From: a virus
Taxonomy: Duplodnaviria > Caudoviricetes
Length of the DNA stretch: 26,307 nt
Virus record (IMG/VR): IMGVR_UViG_3300025267_000096
Span: 1-26,307 of that record
Reading direction: 5' to 3' (one strand)
Position 1 is the first letter of the stretch, and each line of letters begins with the position of its first letter. Shown here piece by piece: positions 10,201 to 16,962 of the stretch. Below the pieces are notes generated by a model that had not been told where the DNA came from, made no database searches, and saw only the letters and a list, made by a program, of their open reading frames with translations. The position numbers were made by a program, and so were the translations under genes.

Positions 10201-12293
10201 TGGGGCTTGGCTTGATCAGTCCAGATCAGTTTGCCGCATTGCGTGGTAAGTATTTACCACAGCTGTATATGTCTTATGTGTTTGGAGATCAAGCACGCAA
10301 GACTATAGGGTACGGATTTAAAGCTTCTTCATTAGATTATACCAGGGCTAGAAAGGTATACGGCACGTGGATGGAAGAGCTTATACATGGAAAGATCGAA
10401 GACCCTGCCTTCCTATCTTCTAGATACCAAACAATGGTTGGAAGGGACATAGGTATTATTAAACTTCTGAACTATATATCTACAGACCCTGGCGGATTTA
10501 ATTGGGTTCTTCCTAATCAGTTAATAGAGATCAACGGAATGAAGGGAACACCCATGTACTTCAGGCATGAGGCTGAAGGCATGGAATACAGGGCTGACAT
10601 TATAGAAGAGAGTGGTGACTCTGCCAGAGCAACTGCTACAAGGGCGCTAGCCAAAAAATTTAGAGAGGCATCAGCTAGACATCTTCCGGCAGAGAACGTA
10701 GACTCCAAGAGATATCGAAGAGTTCCAGATACTCCGCGCTATGGAACTATGCGTGGCATGTGGATTGTTAGAGAGATATACAATGACATGATTGCCCCCG
10801 GAGAATCTTTCTCTGATCAGAACCTTGCTCAATCTTTATTGAGTGATAGAGGATTGGGCGCAACGATTACTAGAGTGTTCAAGTATACCAGGGTTCCAAT
10901 GAACCCACCTACGCAGGCACGTAATCTTATATCTAATACTATATTACTTCATACTTCTGGGGTGGCTTTGCATAGGCTTCCGGGAAGAATCGTGCAGGCT
11001 ATGAATGATATACTACATGATGGAAAGTATTCTCAGTTAGCTAGGAAGTATGGTATAGAATCAACTACATTTTCTAGTCAGGAAATAGGAAGGATTGATG
11101 CAGAGTTTGCAAAGATAAAAGCTTCTGAGAAATCTTGGGAAGGTATGAAGGCTAGAGGTAAAATATTTTTTGATGAATGGTTGGATGTAGGTGGCAGGGC
11201 ATATCAGAAATCTGAGGTTCTATTTAAGGTAGCTAAGATGATTGATATGATGGAGAGTAAGGGGGCGACAGAAGGTGAAGCTGCCATAGCTGCTAACAAA
11301 GCTATCCTAGATTACAGCAGTGTGTCTCAGGGTTTGAGGTGGTTGCGTAAGGTTCCTTTTGGTTCCCCATTTATAACCTTTAATGCTAAGGTTATGTTTC
11401 AGCTAGCCAGAAACCTACAGGATAATCCAGTATCTTTCCTTCCTTATGTAGCATTACCATTCCTTCTAGCTGAGGCATTGCTAGCTGAGCAAGACGATCT
11501 GGATGATGATGATATTGAAAAGCTTAGGGGTATGTTGCCAGAGTGGGCAGAAGATCAAGGCGGGATGTACTTCCTTCCTTGGAAGGATGCTCATGGTAGG
11601 TGGCGTGCGCTTAATATAGGCTACATGCTTCCATGGAATTCTCATTTGGAGATAGCTAAAAATGCATGGAAGGGTGAGTTCAAGAAGTCTTGGGGCGCTA
11701 GTGGAATGATGACAGGACCTTATAATGCATTCCAAGGGTTGGTAAATAATAAAGACTTCTTCACAGGTAATGAGATATACAATGAAGCTGATTCTCCTAT
11801 GCAGCAGTATCAGGATATACTTATGTTTATATCTAGCAACATGATACCGCCTTTCTTAACACCAAGGAATAGGTCTGGTAATATTGTTACTGGTGGTGGT
11901 CCAGTTATTAAATTGTTACAAGCATATGGAGTGATGGATGGCAATATAGATAGGTATGGGTTGCCTAGGGTTACTGTTCCTCAAGCCTACATGTCTATGG
12001 TTGGGCTTAATACTTATAACTTTAATGAGTTTGCTGTTAAAGAAAAGCAAAGAAAAAAGATGTATGAGGTGAGGGAGATATTAGATAGGATGAGATCATT
12101 GATGATGCAGACTCGCAATCCACGCAAGAGGGAAGAGATCCGAGCAGAGTATTTAAAATTAGCGGGTAAAAAAATGATTGAAGTTAGAGAGTGGGTAGCT
12201 ATGATGCAGGGGTATGAGAAGTTATTTGGTGATACTAAACAGATGGGGTTGGAAAGGAAGCGTGGTGGATATCAATTTAAGGCTAGCCAATGA
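1200..12293 (+). CDS. Giant (3697 aa) polyvalent virion/DNA-ejection protein with three candidate ART domains, a zincin metallopeptidase and an LPD38-like C-terminus
   Basis: Single 11.1-kb ORF with no Cys. Gly/Ala-rich hydrophobic N-terminus with EEVTEFGQGAAEE and long acidic/Pro linkers. Motifs: YHVT..EGISP..FVHV; GTHVS..RGIDWV..ELHVINP; HELGVH..EEVLAE; VYHS..GMHFG..YINIKNP..GYDS..EYIVFD. C-terminal YLPQLY / NPPTQARN / DYS..PFITF / LPEW region is typical of large phage ejection proteins. Confidence 0.8.
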   Translation: MAMLETGSSQGILNKLNPISTAGAADVITIPTSPTPNFDTTQQVDTILSVAGDPNDWSFWYDTVGEFGGSVLRMAAEVPDLLGNAIEWGDRRITIGGMFEADDDDTDLASRGAKALNNFADWVASGADQTWVGEGSAYVPMDFDRALEAAAGKSGESGMERAWPMLKFVRDTFPQAAAYLGAAFLLGGVPLGASEFNRTLEDRMSNKGEGLGAADAAPEDIGMASVAAFLNVFLERFPWMVNLSNAAKNKQFGFRRFIALEEVTEFGQGAAEEFLTTVDTIKGVDFNNVLKQGLAEMIGALGVVVPSAGFAKSRHGRIHEQYVARQARQEEIAQGRIDAENQLSDEIKALELQIIDGKKKSQIPEKHDYIKSRRAKIRQKKAAIKALRKARKDEVEARLSEAAALFEPVEAEAEAVTEEAPSIAMPEPGPATETKEDRRNIREAWRQQQRDAYERGDRIPIVTEPVADTAEAARLGAQAYTTDVGLAVGAPADTTRLAEIEAARAAAIEEGRRALPRRDITQEEIDSAVQVDLTQSDLEAQRNRVSDAIIDEVVMEPEGPSMEVLPGESIAQARERIYGDLSKRPDFYIDENGIPTIVIRGMPTPVEEVIPDEDVIQTGPAAGPAQIARAIETQNEAITQQAMDTGAAAKLAEVRDISNRAQANQMAARNRAWNVRRRQRAAERAREVEVARQTQLADENARAILFRIANEDAEANITIDEFGQKYETIRDQVGEDYARIYYEELARLAGVYGNVHTQEEIAERGQRVVEEKGPAISGIGINAETGQIEEVAGPVAGEINDAVAEDLGLVLFDDAGSYIIKEEADPMVEGDLPRVYVLVKVTGPSGKVIEIPFYISTGAGGKVETTVGKWYPVIGIGKQGWINKGSGAELADYYGIPELREAAENLDATIGDVRDAVEITEPLEFSKGKQQLNAQLVGIGATIVPDAWPYIKITEKEGRKPRISEGTEGDQQVGQVVANNISMLRTFLGGERADVTEQVAELTEATTVAVPEVEVEEAIRPEVPPLREQLAAEEVADEEGAIAEEEITQEEIDAGTFTPIDVAIAEARDGAFADMEVLVERGISPANRKRFFNAAEKEIRLRNGDEAADAYKETATFLQERTIARETQAEILEPPTTREPEPRPIVAGEGDRSITERVIDTIIPPAEAKGTVVTKPVSPASEEKIIDEEEAAPKAKPVITGETTPPAPPTPEDDQVVEAAPKSTRWRTSDDGNSRTTTLQGKPAEVFKSPADDAYRAVYDGEVLDKLYKTLEEAKNALVLDYGIEPQIQYVKNQQAAAKQQAAEKRDLKKTRAKAREPGPLPFIERTVNEQGVPVQIIEEAEEFTLVIDGNPHETYATRRRAVNAATKIALGDLSASLRKQIRALTAGKRKLVRGAAAPLRETARGLRETARVAGRIQATEAREIAGTRTEKARLAPQQFINHWPGKNYKQYIGPVPKSDTATARPNVSRRRVGGRWEVVVNYPGARRLKFNEDFTMFSLKNGEGAQNIVDSIKTNAQLFKDSLVAAYQAGDLRRRQSPVDASRNEVVSGEMNDSFFERWVGVLEEADSPQAAEVSQAWTDKEVATTEEVATEDTFEADQAAQKEDVLLQAEQAKADTAEIRAKERADEEARRTRVTTGKGKKKVESKYTLYDKSPKFIYHVTPTDIVDKLKREGISPSKERGETEYTPGVTDFVHVAGNLTDARVFADYLQSGIGKFGAVWEPGEVGVVSIIKITNDGSPLYLDPNRGESRKDMKWLIRKESISPDDIVSTEKYNPNVPPLQVATDKNGVAIFEGGLDKLTPIAGTHVSSNIESLRDGFEIRYFKNAPVGVSVARIKSEEMSSPTLAEPGGTPGVVSVIVSGRGMDYTDPADRKIIDRLQAESRKKSAAAIARGAVPGTPETMISAIPALLERGIDWVNGWNGIGADSELHVINPSMIEIVGRGELSDKNRKHILEGNIERMLSRGEEVPDDYGKTEAPRTGIRIPKGFKKKYAHLDPDVFYNLASEAAKRGIVDPLEFDNFITSNLRIIETEAEQRAKEQVVTDADLAFELTDWAGADEIAAFNAQAVKDAQAKKAKKKADKVNPLAILLETPETLLTNLKKTSLYKVGDLQDLAENIKEITPTFIVAKKRSALVESIMDWHALQNLQEKATAEEIGAAIEKLQDNITKDNFIEDDINGDIKTIRASGRADIVMPFANPEQVINMFVKELNGIFGVRAVNKMRADSFITFLPNSVAPYAVKAYGVTIPKDTAAFVVGGVDSEGPIAQVSFMHENIAKHFGQESVRGIIMHELGVHYGKRMLEGPEWSNVLSTVKKLWYDGDRDIRAATWVAMLNNYPEYMGMLGGGRLKAGTLKQFNALNKVIEGKHLEDDTRPGTMITGDGVVTRDMHGDVIPPESGGWQMPNLSLSFEQGRTFWEEVLAEYITANPPSRTRVKPSLWRQIQEAARKFFVRMAELFSTTPGFKGPDITTRDLQDMVAYLVQNVPSQQKYEHSLRQTGDSKRLADKRNQARAKFLEGSMITTPVYHSNQNWKYHFPIIDKMELGMHFGSVDAALMMIARTSSERYGSISEVPEGKIRSINEESALYDPWIPEQLKKLTNRDLEGIAISWGDSHLVDRSMKLPRYVFGTNNVRWNPELKEYMFKQDNGIEIPLSTLTRQKADNIYVFEKGAQLKEFYINIKNPLILNTDINNYSDPIGWIRFANLPESPLAHLATNFRDATQSIGPDDTVEKQMSPENFKKFQKFIDKASRHQDDTYRDIDARVDNEQIGFTEGESLKVRLMESTASSLRRLFQSMGYDSLQVVNFLDASHTIEYIVFDDSNIKSSDSLEYTPEKMSLNLIRSIDDTVKDEKAIMARGTESTTRALIQSAIGEGKLRSGLQSIQRAIEPLLTVPGFNLLETQRMLTKGEIWSWENTGRITFDVLNEANPKEKKVIFKYFTEQGASPDGLPDRDIEVATRRTVLGGTRKKGAFHSPTEKINIKAKVIETKEIIENMGEELVGLGLISPDQFAALRGKYLPQLYMSYVFGDQARKTIGYGFKASSLDYTRARKVYGTWMEELIHGKIEDPAFLSSRYQTMVGRDIGIIKLLNYISTDPGGFNWVLPNQLIEINGMKGTPMYFRHEAEGMEYRADIIEESGDSARATATRALAKKFREASARHLPAENVDSKRYRRVPDTPRYGTMRGMWIVREIYNDMIAPGESFSDQNLAQSLLSDRGLGATITRVFKYTRVPMNPPTQARNLISNTILLHTSGVALHRLPGRIVQAMNDILHDGKYSQLARKYGIESTTFSSQEIGRIDAEFAKIKASEKSWEGMKARGKIFFDEWLDVGGRAYQKSEVLFKVAKMIDMMESKGATEGEAAIAANKAILDYSSVSQGLRWLRKVPFGSPFITFNAKVMFQLARNLQDNPVSFLPYVALPFLLAEALLAEQDDLDDDDIEKLRGMLPEWAEDQGGMYFLPWKDAHGRWRALNIGYMLPWNSHLEIAKNAWKGEFKKSWGASGMMTGPYNAFQGLVNNKDFFTGNEIYNEADSPMQQYQDILMFISSNMIPPFLTPRNRSGNIVTGGGPVIKLLQAYGVMDGNIDRYGLPRVTVPQAYMSMVGLNTYNFNEFAVKEKQRKKMYEVREILDRMRSLMMQTRNPRKREEIRAEYLKLAGKKMIEVREWVAMMQGYEKLFGDTKQMGLERKRGGYQFKASQ

Positions 12294-12634
12294 GGCCTAA
12301 GTTTGTTGAGATAGAGTGGGTAGATATACTAGCTACGTCAGGGTGGGAGAAGCCAGAGGAGGTTGATCCTACTAGGTGTTGGTCAGTTGGTTATCTTATT
12401 TTTAAAGATGACAAGACTATAAAGATAGCTAACACTCTAGGAGATATGGATGGTAAGAAGGAGTGGGCCGGTATACATGCATTTCCTATTGGATGTGTAA
12501 AAAAAATACGCCCCATTTCTGGGGCGCACGGAGTGATTGATAAATTTTTTCCTATCCAAAAACGGCGTAAACGAACAAGCAAGAAGCTGTTACATATAGT
12601 GAGTACCAAAGGGCCAGACCAAACAGATGCTTAA
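12290..12634 (+). CDS. Small conserved phage protein of unknown function (VxWxD...GW...SVGYL...PxGxVxKI pattern)
   Basis: ATGA overlap with the giant gene. The beta-rich core of about 75 aa resembles a widespread small phage protein family. The basic tail after KKIR is encoded across the terminator hairpin and may be incidental. Confidence 0.7.
   Translation: MRPKFVEIEWVDILATSGWEKPEEVDPTRCWSVGYLIFKDDKTIKIANTLGDMDGKKEWAGIHAFPIGCVKKIRPISGAHGVIDKFFPIQKRRKRTSKKLLHIVSTKGPDQTDA
12499..12528 (-). terminator. Rho-independent terminator for the leftward operon
   Basis: Minus strand reads TG-CGCCCCA-GAAA-TGGGGCG-TA-TTTTTTTT: a perfect 7-bp GC-rich stem (extendable by G-U and U-A), a GNRA tetraloop and a U8 tail, about 100 nt past the last minus-strand stop codon. 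Confidence 0.88.
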
Positions 12635-12801
12635 GGAACAGCATCAACTCTCCGGTTCCAGTTAGTTATAGCTTCTTTTCTTAGCGGTGGTACTCTAGGA
12701 TCAAATACAAATCCTAGTTTGCATTTGCCACATCCTACCATAAAATCCCCAACAATTCCTGGTGATCCACAGAATGGACAATCCTTTGGGTGTTCATCCA
12801 T
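12631..12801 (-). CDS. Lar-family (restriction alleviation-like) zinc-ribbon protein, 56 aa; not in the ORF track
   Basis: Hand translation: MDEHPKDCPFCGSPGIVGDFMVGCGKCKLGFVFDPRVPPLRKEAITNWNRRVDAVP. It has the CPFCG...CxxC...EAIxxWNRR signature. Its ATG overlaps the TAA of the phosphoesterase gene (TAATG). Confidence 0.85.
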   Translation of the reverse strand: MDEHPKDCPFCGSPGIVGDFMVGCGKCKLGFVFDPRVPPLRKEAITNWNRRVDAVP

Positions 12802-13595
12802 TAGATATATTCTCCCATTAATTTGCGTTGTGTTATAGAATGTATGTCATCGTAGTATCCATCACCATCTAGTCCATTCAACATGACAACCCCTCTCCAC
12901 CATGTGTATTCTGTGTCCTTGCACCAACTCTCAGAGTACTTGGGATGTGAGTAGCAACCCGCAGACAATCCGAATATCTTTTGCCCATCAGGTCTTGTTT
13001 GTTCTGCGTGGTTGTATAGGTGTGAGTGTCCTTGGACTGCTGAGCAATGTAGTTTAGTTATAAGGTGGTAGCCTGTGTGTGCTGAACTTATAGGTCTTCC
13101 AGCCACGCCAGATGTAAAGTAATGTGAGAAGACTATACCACCTAATGTTATACAGCTTTTGAATGGTGTAATCTTCCATCCAAATTTTTCATACTGTAAG
13201 TCATTAATGCTTATGGTTCCCTCTAGTTCTGGAGAGAAGTTAGTTGCCCTAGTTATTCTGTCTTCATGATTACCAAGGCACATGTGTAATTTAGGTTTAT
13301 ATTGTTTCTCCTTTCTCTTTCTCTTGTTTGCATTTAGTTTCTTTATAGGTTCAAAGAGTTTAACTTGAGCATCTATAGTAGAGGCTACATCCTTTTTGTA
13401 TCTCCTCCCTTCAAATCCTTTAGTACCTTTATCATAAGAAGATAGGCTTGGCATGTCTGCCATGTCTCCTAGACATAAGACTATATGTGGTTGCTTGTCC
13501 ACTATCAAGTTTCCTAGAGCTGTGAACCTTTTGTTGTCATAGTCTGGAGATGCGTGAGGGTCTGGTATGATTAGTATGTTTCCTTTCTGTTTCAT
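12801..13595 (-). CDS. Calcineurin-like metallophosphoesterase
   Basis: Motifs DPH, GDMAD, GNHE, SH and GHSH occur in the canonical order. Confidence 0.9.
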   Translation of the reverse strand: MKQKGNILIIPDPHASPDYDNKRFTALGNLIVDKQPHIVLCLGDMADMPSLSSYDKGTKGFEGRRYKKDVASTIDAQVKLFEPIKKLNANKRKRKEKQYKPKLHMCLGNHEDRITRATNFSPELEGTISINDLQYEKFGWKITPFKSCITLGGIVFSHYFTSGVAGRPISSAHTGYHLITKLHCSAVQGHSHLYNHAEQTRPDGQKIFGLSAGCYSHPKYSESWCKDTEYTWWRGVVMLNGLDGDGYYDDIHSITQRKLMGEYI

Positions 13596-13882
13596 ATCTC
13601 CCCTTGCTCTGGTTTGTACCAGATAATATAGTCTGTTCCTGATATATATTTTCTGGCTTTCTTGAGAAGTTTAAATGTTTTTATCTCTTTAAATCTTCCT
13701 CTTTTCTTTTCTACTATTGTAAACAATCCTTTCTTTGGTGAAAGATATTTTGGCTTGTGGTATTTAAGGTCTGAAGTATCTTCAGGTTCTCGCTCATGTC
13801 TAGTCGATATGTCCTCTAACTGATCACTCGTAATGGGTTTGAAAGGTCCGTTCCAATGCTGAAAGATTTCTTGTTCTTCCAT
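13592..13882 (-). CDS. Hypothetical protein (about 96 aa, basic C-terminal half)
   Basis: AGGAG RBS upstream of the ATG at 13882, preferred over 13903. Its stop overlaps the next start (ATGA). Confidence 0.65.
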   Translation of the reverse strand: MEEQEIFQHWNGPFKPITSDQLEDISTRHEREPEDTSDLKYHKPKYLSPKKGLFTIVEKKRGRFKEIKTFKLLKKARKYISGTDYIIWYKPEQGEI

Positions 13883-13892
13883 TTTTATTCTC

Positions 13893-15557
13893 CTATATTC
13901 CACATACTCCAGTTAAACATTGTTCTTCGCTATTGTCCTCAAAGATAACGCCACGTTTTGATTTAGCTTCTTCATAGTCACACGGTGTGATGGGTTGTCC
14001 TCCTCTGCTACCATCTGGATACAGGGTAAGGCCTCTTAATCCATGCGCGTACTTAGATACTATCTTAGCAAAGTCTTTTACCTTATCTTCATTGTTTAGT
14101 TCTGATCCCCATGTAGGCAGGTTAAGTGTGCTGCTTATAGCATGGTCTACATATTTCTGGAGATCGTATTGAAATTTTATTCTTCGCTCTGGGTCTCCTG
14201 CGAGGTCGATTGCCGATTCGATTTTGTCAGGGCTGACACCTGTTTCTTTAATAATGGATTCTGCTGTGCCGTCAATAACAAACTGATACTTCCATTTTGT
14301 TCCATCTGAAAGGTAGCGCCTCCTGTAAGAAGTGGCGTATACAGGTTCAACTCCAGAGGTAGTTCCAGCGATGATCGCAATTGTACCTGTAGGAGCAATT
14401 GCTCTATACCCTTTAGGGCGAGACAGGTAAAATCTATCACAGTGTTTGTTTGCACTTCTTTCAGATTCATCTCTGTATACCTTCAACCATTTCTTAAGCT
14501 CGTCATTAACTTCATATTTGTATCCTCTCTTTAATAGCCATTCATGCATTCCCATTAGACCAAGACCCAGCCTTCGGTTCTTCTGTCTTACTTCGTATAC
14601 TTTTTTGTATGGTAACTCAGCTCTTATTGTGCCACATACTAGAAACTTAGAAGCTATTCTAACTACGTCTTTGAATTCCTCTAGTGTCTCTATGTTAGCC
14701 ATGTTAACGCTTCCTAGGTTACATACGTCAGAATCTGTTTCGCTAGTTATTTCTGTGCACGCGTTACGTAATGTCTCGTTCTCTTGTGCTCCAAAGTTAA
14801 AGCTGAATCCAGGCTCACCTGTCATCATAGCCTGTTTGGTATTGTTAATGAATACTTCTGGTATGCTAGATTTTTCTAGCTCTTTCAATAAAGCATCATC
14901 ATAGTTCAATGATATATTCATCATGTCTAATGGGGCGGGAAAGTTAAAGTCTAACTTTTTAAGATCAGACATTGTATATTCTTTTTGTTTACCTATTTGT
15001 ATATCATGCCAGTTCTTTACATGAAGTAAGTCTCCCGCATCTTCATGTTGCCAGTTAAGGCTTCCATATAAAGCGGATCGCCTTGATCCACCTTGCATCA
15101 CGTTCCTTCCCACTTCGTTTATAGTGTGTAGTAATGGAATCGGGCCCGATGCAACACCTCCCGTTCTTCGCAAGCGCCTTCCACTTGGCCGGGCAATGCT
15201 TACATCTATTCCAATTCCACCTCCAGTCATCAAGCATGACATCGCTCTCTGCGTTAGGTGTGCCCATTCTTCTCTGCTGTCCTCCTCAAGTCTAAGTAGA
15301 TAACAGTTGTTCCAGAAGCTTGCATCTCTACCTGTGTAGTAAATATATCTTCCTCCCGGCATAAACTTAAAGTCACATATAGTATGTACTAAGTAATCCA
15401 TGTCTGACTTGTGCATAATAGGATCTTCTCTACCGTCTCTTGATCCACACACATCATTAACTATGGTAAATGCCCTGTTAGGCCACGTCTCATATGGTGT
15501 AGAGGCGTACTTAGTCTTAAAGATTTCTTCACCTAAGTCAGTTTTAAATTCTGTCAT
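13893..15557 (-). CDS. nrdJ: Ribonucleotide reductase, most likely class II (adenosylcobalamin-dependent)
   Basis: PGGR..NNCY, GGSRRSA, NACTEI (thiyl Cys), VCNLGS, IAPTGT and a C-terminal CLTGVC. The class I YY pair is absent (GLTLYPDGSR), and there is no adjacent nrdB and no ATP-cone. Confidence 0.88.
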   Translation of the reverse strand: MTEFKTDLGEEIFKTKYASTPYETWPNRAFTIVNDVCGSRDGREDPIMHKSDMDYLVHTICDFKFMPGGRYIYYTGRDASFWNNCYLLRLEEDSREEWAHLTQRAMSCLMTGGGIGIDVSIARPSGRRLRRTGGVASGPIPLLHTINEVGRNVMQGGSRRSALYGSLNWQHEDAGDLLHVKNWHDIQIGKQKEYTMSDLKKLDFNFPAPLDMMNISLNYDDALLKELEKSSIPEVFINNTKQAMMTGEPGFSFNFGAQENETLRNACTEITSETDSDVCNLGSVNMANIETLEEFKDVVRIASKFLVCGTIRAELPYKKVYEVRQKNRRLGLGLMGMHEWLLKRGYKYEVNDELKKWLKVYRDESERSANKHCDRFYLSRPKGYRAIAPTGTIAIIAGTTSGVEPVYATSYRRRYLSDGTKWKYQFVIDGTAESIIKETGVSPDKIESAIDLAGDPERRIKFQYDLQKYVDHAISSTLNLPTWGSELNNEDKVKDFAKIVSKYAHGLRGLTLYPDGSRGGQPITPCDYEEAKSKRGVIFEDNSEEQCLTGVCGI

Positions 15558-15775
15558 TTAGAATCTCCTATATATTTTTCCTTTAAGTTATTTTCAATGG
15601 CATACTTTTTATATTCTTCTAGTGTCATGCCTGAATGTCTTTCAAATACTTCTGCCCATGTGTGATCGCCCGATGGAGCATACTTATCTTGCATAGGCCA
15701 GACCTCTCTAGCCAAGAAGTATATCTTTCTTCGCTGTCCTTCTTCGTGTGCCTCTTTATCAAAATGGTAAGTCAT
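15554..15775 (-). CDS. Hypothetical phage protein (73 aa)
   Basis: Fills the gap between ssb and nrdJ with overlaps at both ends (ATGA with nrdJ). Confidence 0.7.
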   Translation of the reverse strand: MTYHFDKEAHEEGQRRKIYFLAREVWPMQDKYAPSGDHTWAEVFERHSGMTLEEYKKYAIENNLKEKYIGDSK

Positions 15776-16202
15776 CGCCTGAGTGTACTACGTCCGGTCC
15801 TCGTATGTCTGCCATTTCATCTCTTACATTCTTAGATACTTTTTTCTTTTCCTCTGGGGTCCCTATTACTTCCTTATAGGCATCAGGGCTATTAACCATC
15901 TGCAACATTTTGCCTTGTATTTCAGTGACATACTTGTCAAGCCCGTCCTTTCCAGTATATTTCCTGTAGTTTATATTCCCTTCAATGTATAGGGTAGTTC
16001 CTTTGCCAACGTAACTATCAACTACGTCCGCTTGTTTGCCATAGAATATAATGGTATGCCAATCAGGTTTAGCATACTCACCCATTCCGCTCTCTGTTAC
16101 TAGTCCAACTTGTGCAACCTTGGTTCCATTGGTTGTCTCTCTGATTGTTGGGTCTTTCCATACTCTACCAAGTATGATTGCTTTATTAATTCCTTTCATC
16201 AT
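15759..16202 (-). CDS. ssb: Single-stranded DNA-binding protein (bacterial SSB type)
   Basis: INKAIILGR..DP, WHTI, KG..LYIEG, Y.TEI and an acidic C-terminal DDLPF tail. Confidence 0.95.
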   Translation of the reverse strand: MMKGINKAIILGRVWKDPTIRETTNGTKVAQVGLVTESGMGEYAKPDWHTIIFYGKQADVVDSYVGKGTTLYIEGNINYRKYTGKDGLDKYVTEIQGKMLQMVNSPDAYKEVIGTPEEKKKVSKNVRDEMADIRGPDVVHSGDDLPF

Positions 16203-16962
16203 GGTTCTCCGGCCAATATTTCTTTATGTTTTTCCAAACTTCTAGAGAAGATTCAAAGATAGTCCAGTATCTTTTCCTGTCATCATCAGGCCATTCATGA
16301 AACACTACTAGACCAGGGTTAGTGCTACTTATAAATATATTAGCTATTCTTCTTTTATGTTCTCTATGATCTGTTGCGTAAGATGTGTTTAATCCTACAT
16401 CGTATGCTACTAGTTGGTAAGCCATAGATTCATATTCTAGCTTTTTATGATCGGCATCAAACTCTTTAGTTTTAAAATCTATTACCCATTCTTTAGAGCT
16501 TAAGTCTATTTTGCCACCATAGTCTATAGCGTTGAATGATTTCTCAGGTTCCCAGTCTTGGTCGCCACAATTTATCTGTAGGATAGCCCTTACAGCTTCA
16601 AACATTTCTTTGTGGTCTTGGTTATGCGGGGCTTCTCCAGTAGTGAAGGCAACCTCTAACATATTGTGTATTATATTACCACGCTCTGCTGCTTCTTCTG
16701 ATTCTTGCTTGGAGTGTGCTAGTATTCTCTTTGCGTATTCCTCATATGTCTCACCAACATGTCTAGCTACTGTTATGGCAGACTCGATTGCCTTGTTTAC
16801 TTTCCACGCTTCAAGCCCGGGTTTAGTAAGTATATCTAATACTGATGTAACTGATGGAACCCAGCCATATTTTCTAGCATCTCTTAGTGTGGTTGGCCTA
16901 AGCCCTCCCTTCTTAGAGGGGGTGAAGTGTTGGGGTTCACCATCTTTATCATACCAGTGCAT
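16186..16962 (-). CDS. PD-(D/E)XK exonuclease (phage recombination exonuclease-like)
   Basis: PSVTSVL, RGNIIH..LE, E..., GKIDL, IDFKT and QLVAY motifs. Lies between the annealase-like gene and ssb. Confidence 0.85.
   Translation of the reverse strand: MHWYDKDGEPQHFTPSKKGGLRPTTLRDARKYGWVPSVTSVLDILTKPGLEAWKVNKAIESAITVARHVGETYEEYAKRILAHSKQESEEAAERGNIIHNMLEVAFTTGEAPHNQDHKEMFEAVRAILQINCGDQDWEPEKSFNAIDYGGKIDLSSKEWVIDFKTKEFDADHKKLEYESMAYQLVAYDVGLNTSYATDHREHKRRIANIFISSTNPGLVVFHEWPDDDRKRYWTIFESSLEVWKNIKKYWPENHDERN

Noticed and set aside
1193-11735. Numerous minus-strand and short alternate-frame ORFs inside the giant gene
   Set aside because: They are Ser/Ala/Leu-rich antisense shadows of a biased coding strand, with no motifs.
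1200-12293. Giant protein as an N4-like or crAss-like virion RNA polymerase (similar size, Cys-free)
   Set aside because: I could not find T7-type polymerase motifs or a DxDGD/DFDID motif. The recognisable motifs are ART, zincin and ejection-protein types.
16186-16962. Exonuclease as a Cas4 of a CRISPR system
   Set aside because: It lacks the four-Cys Fe-S pattern, and there is no repeat-spacer array or other cas gene. The context is recombination.
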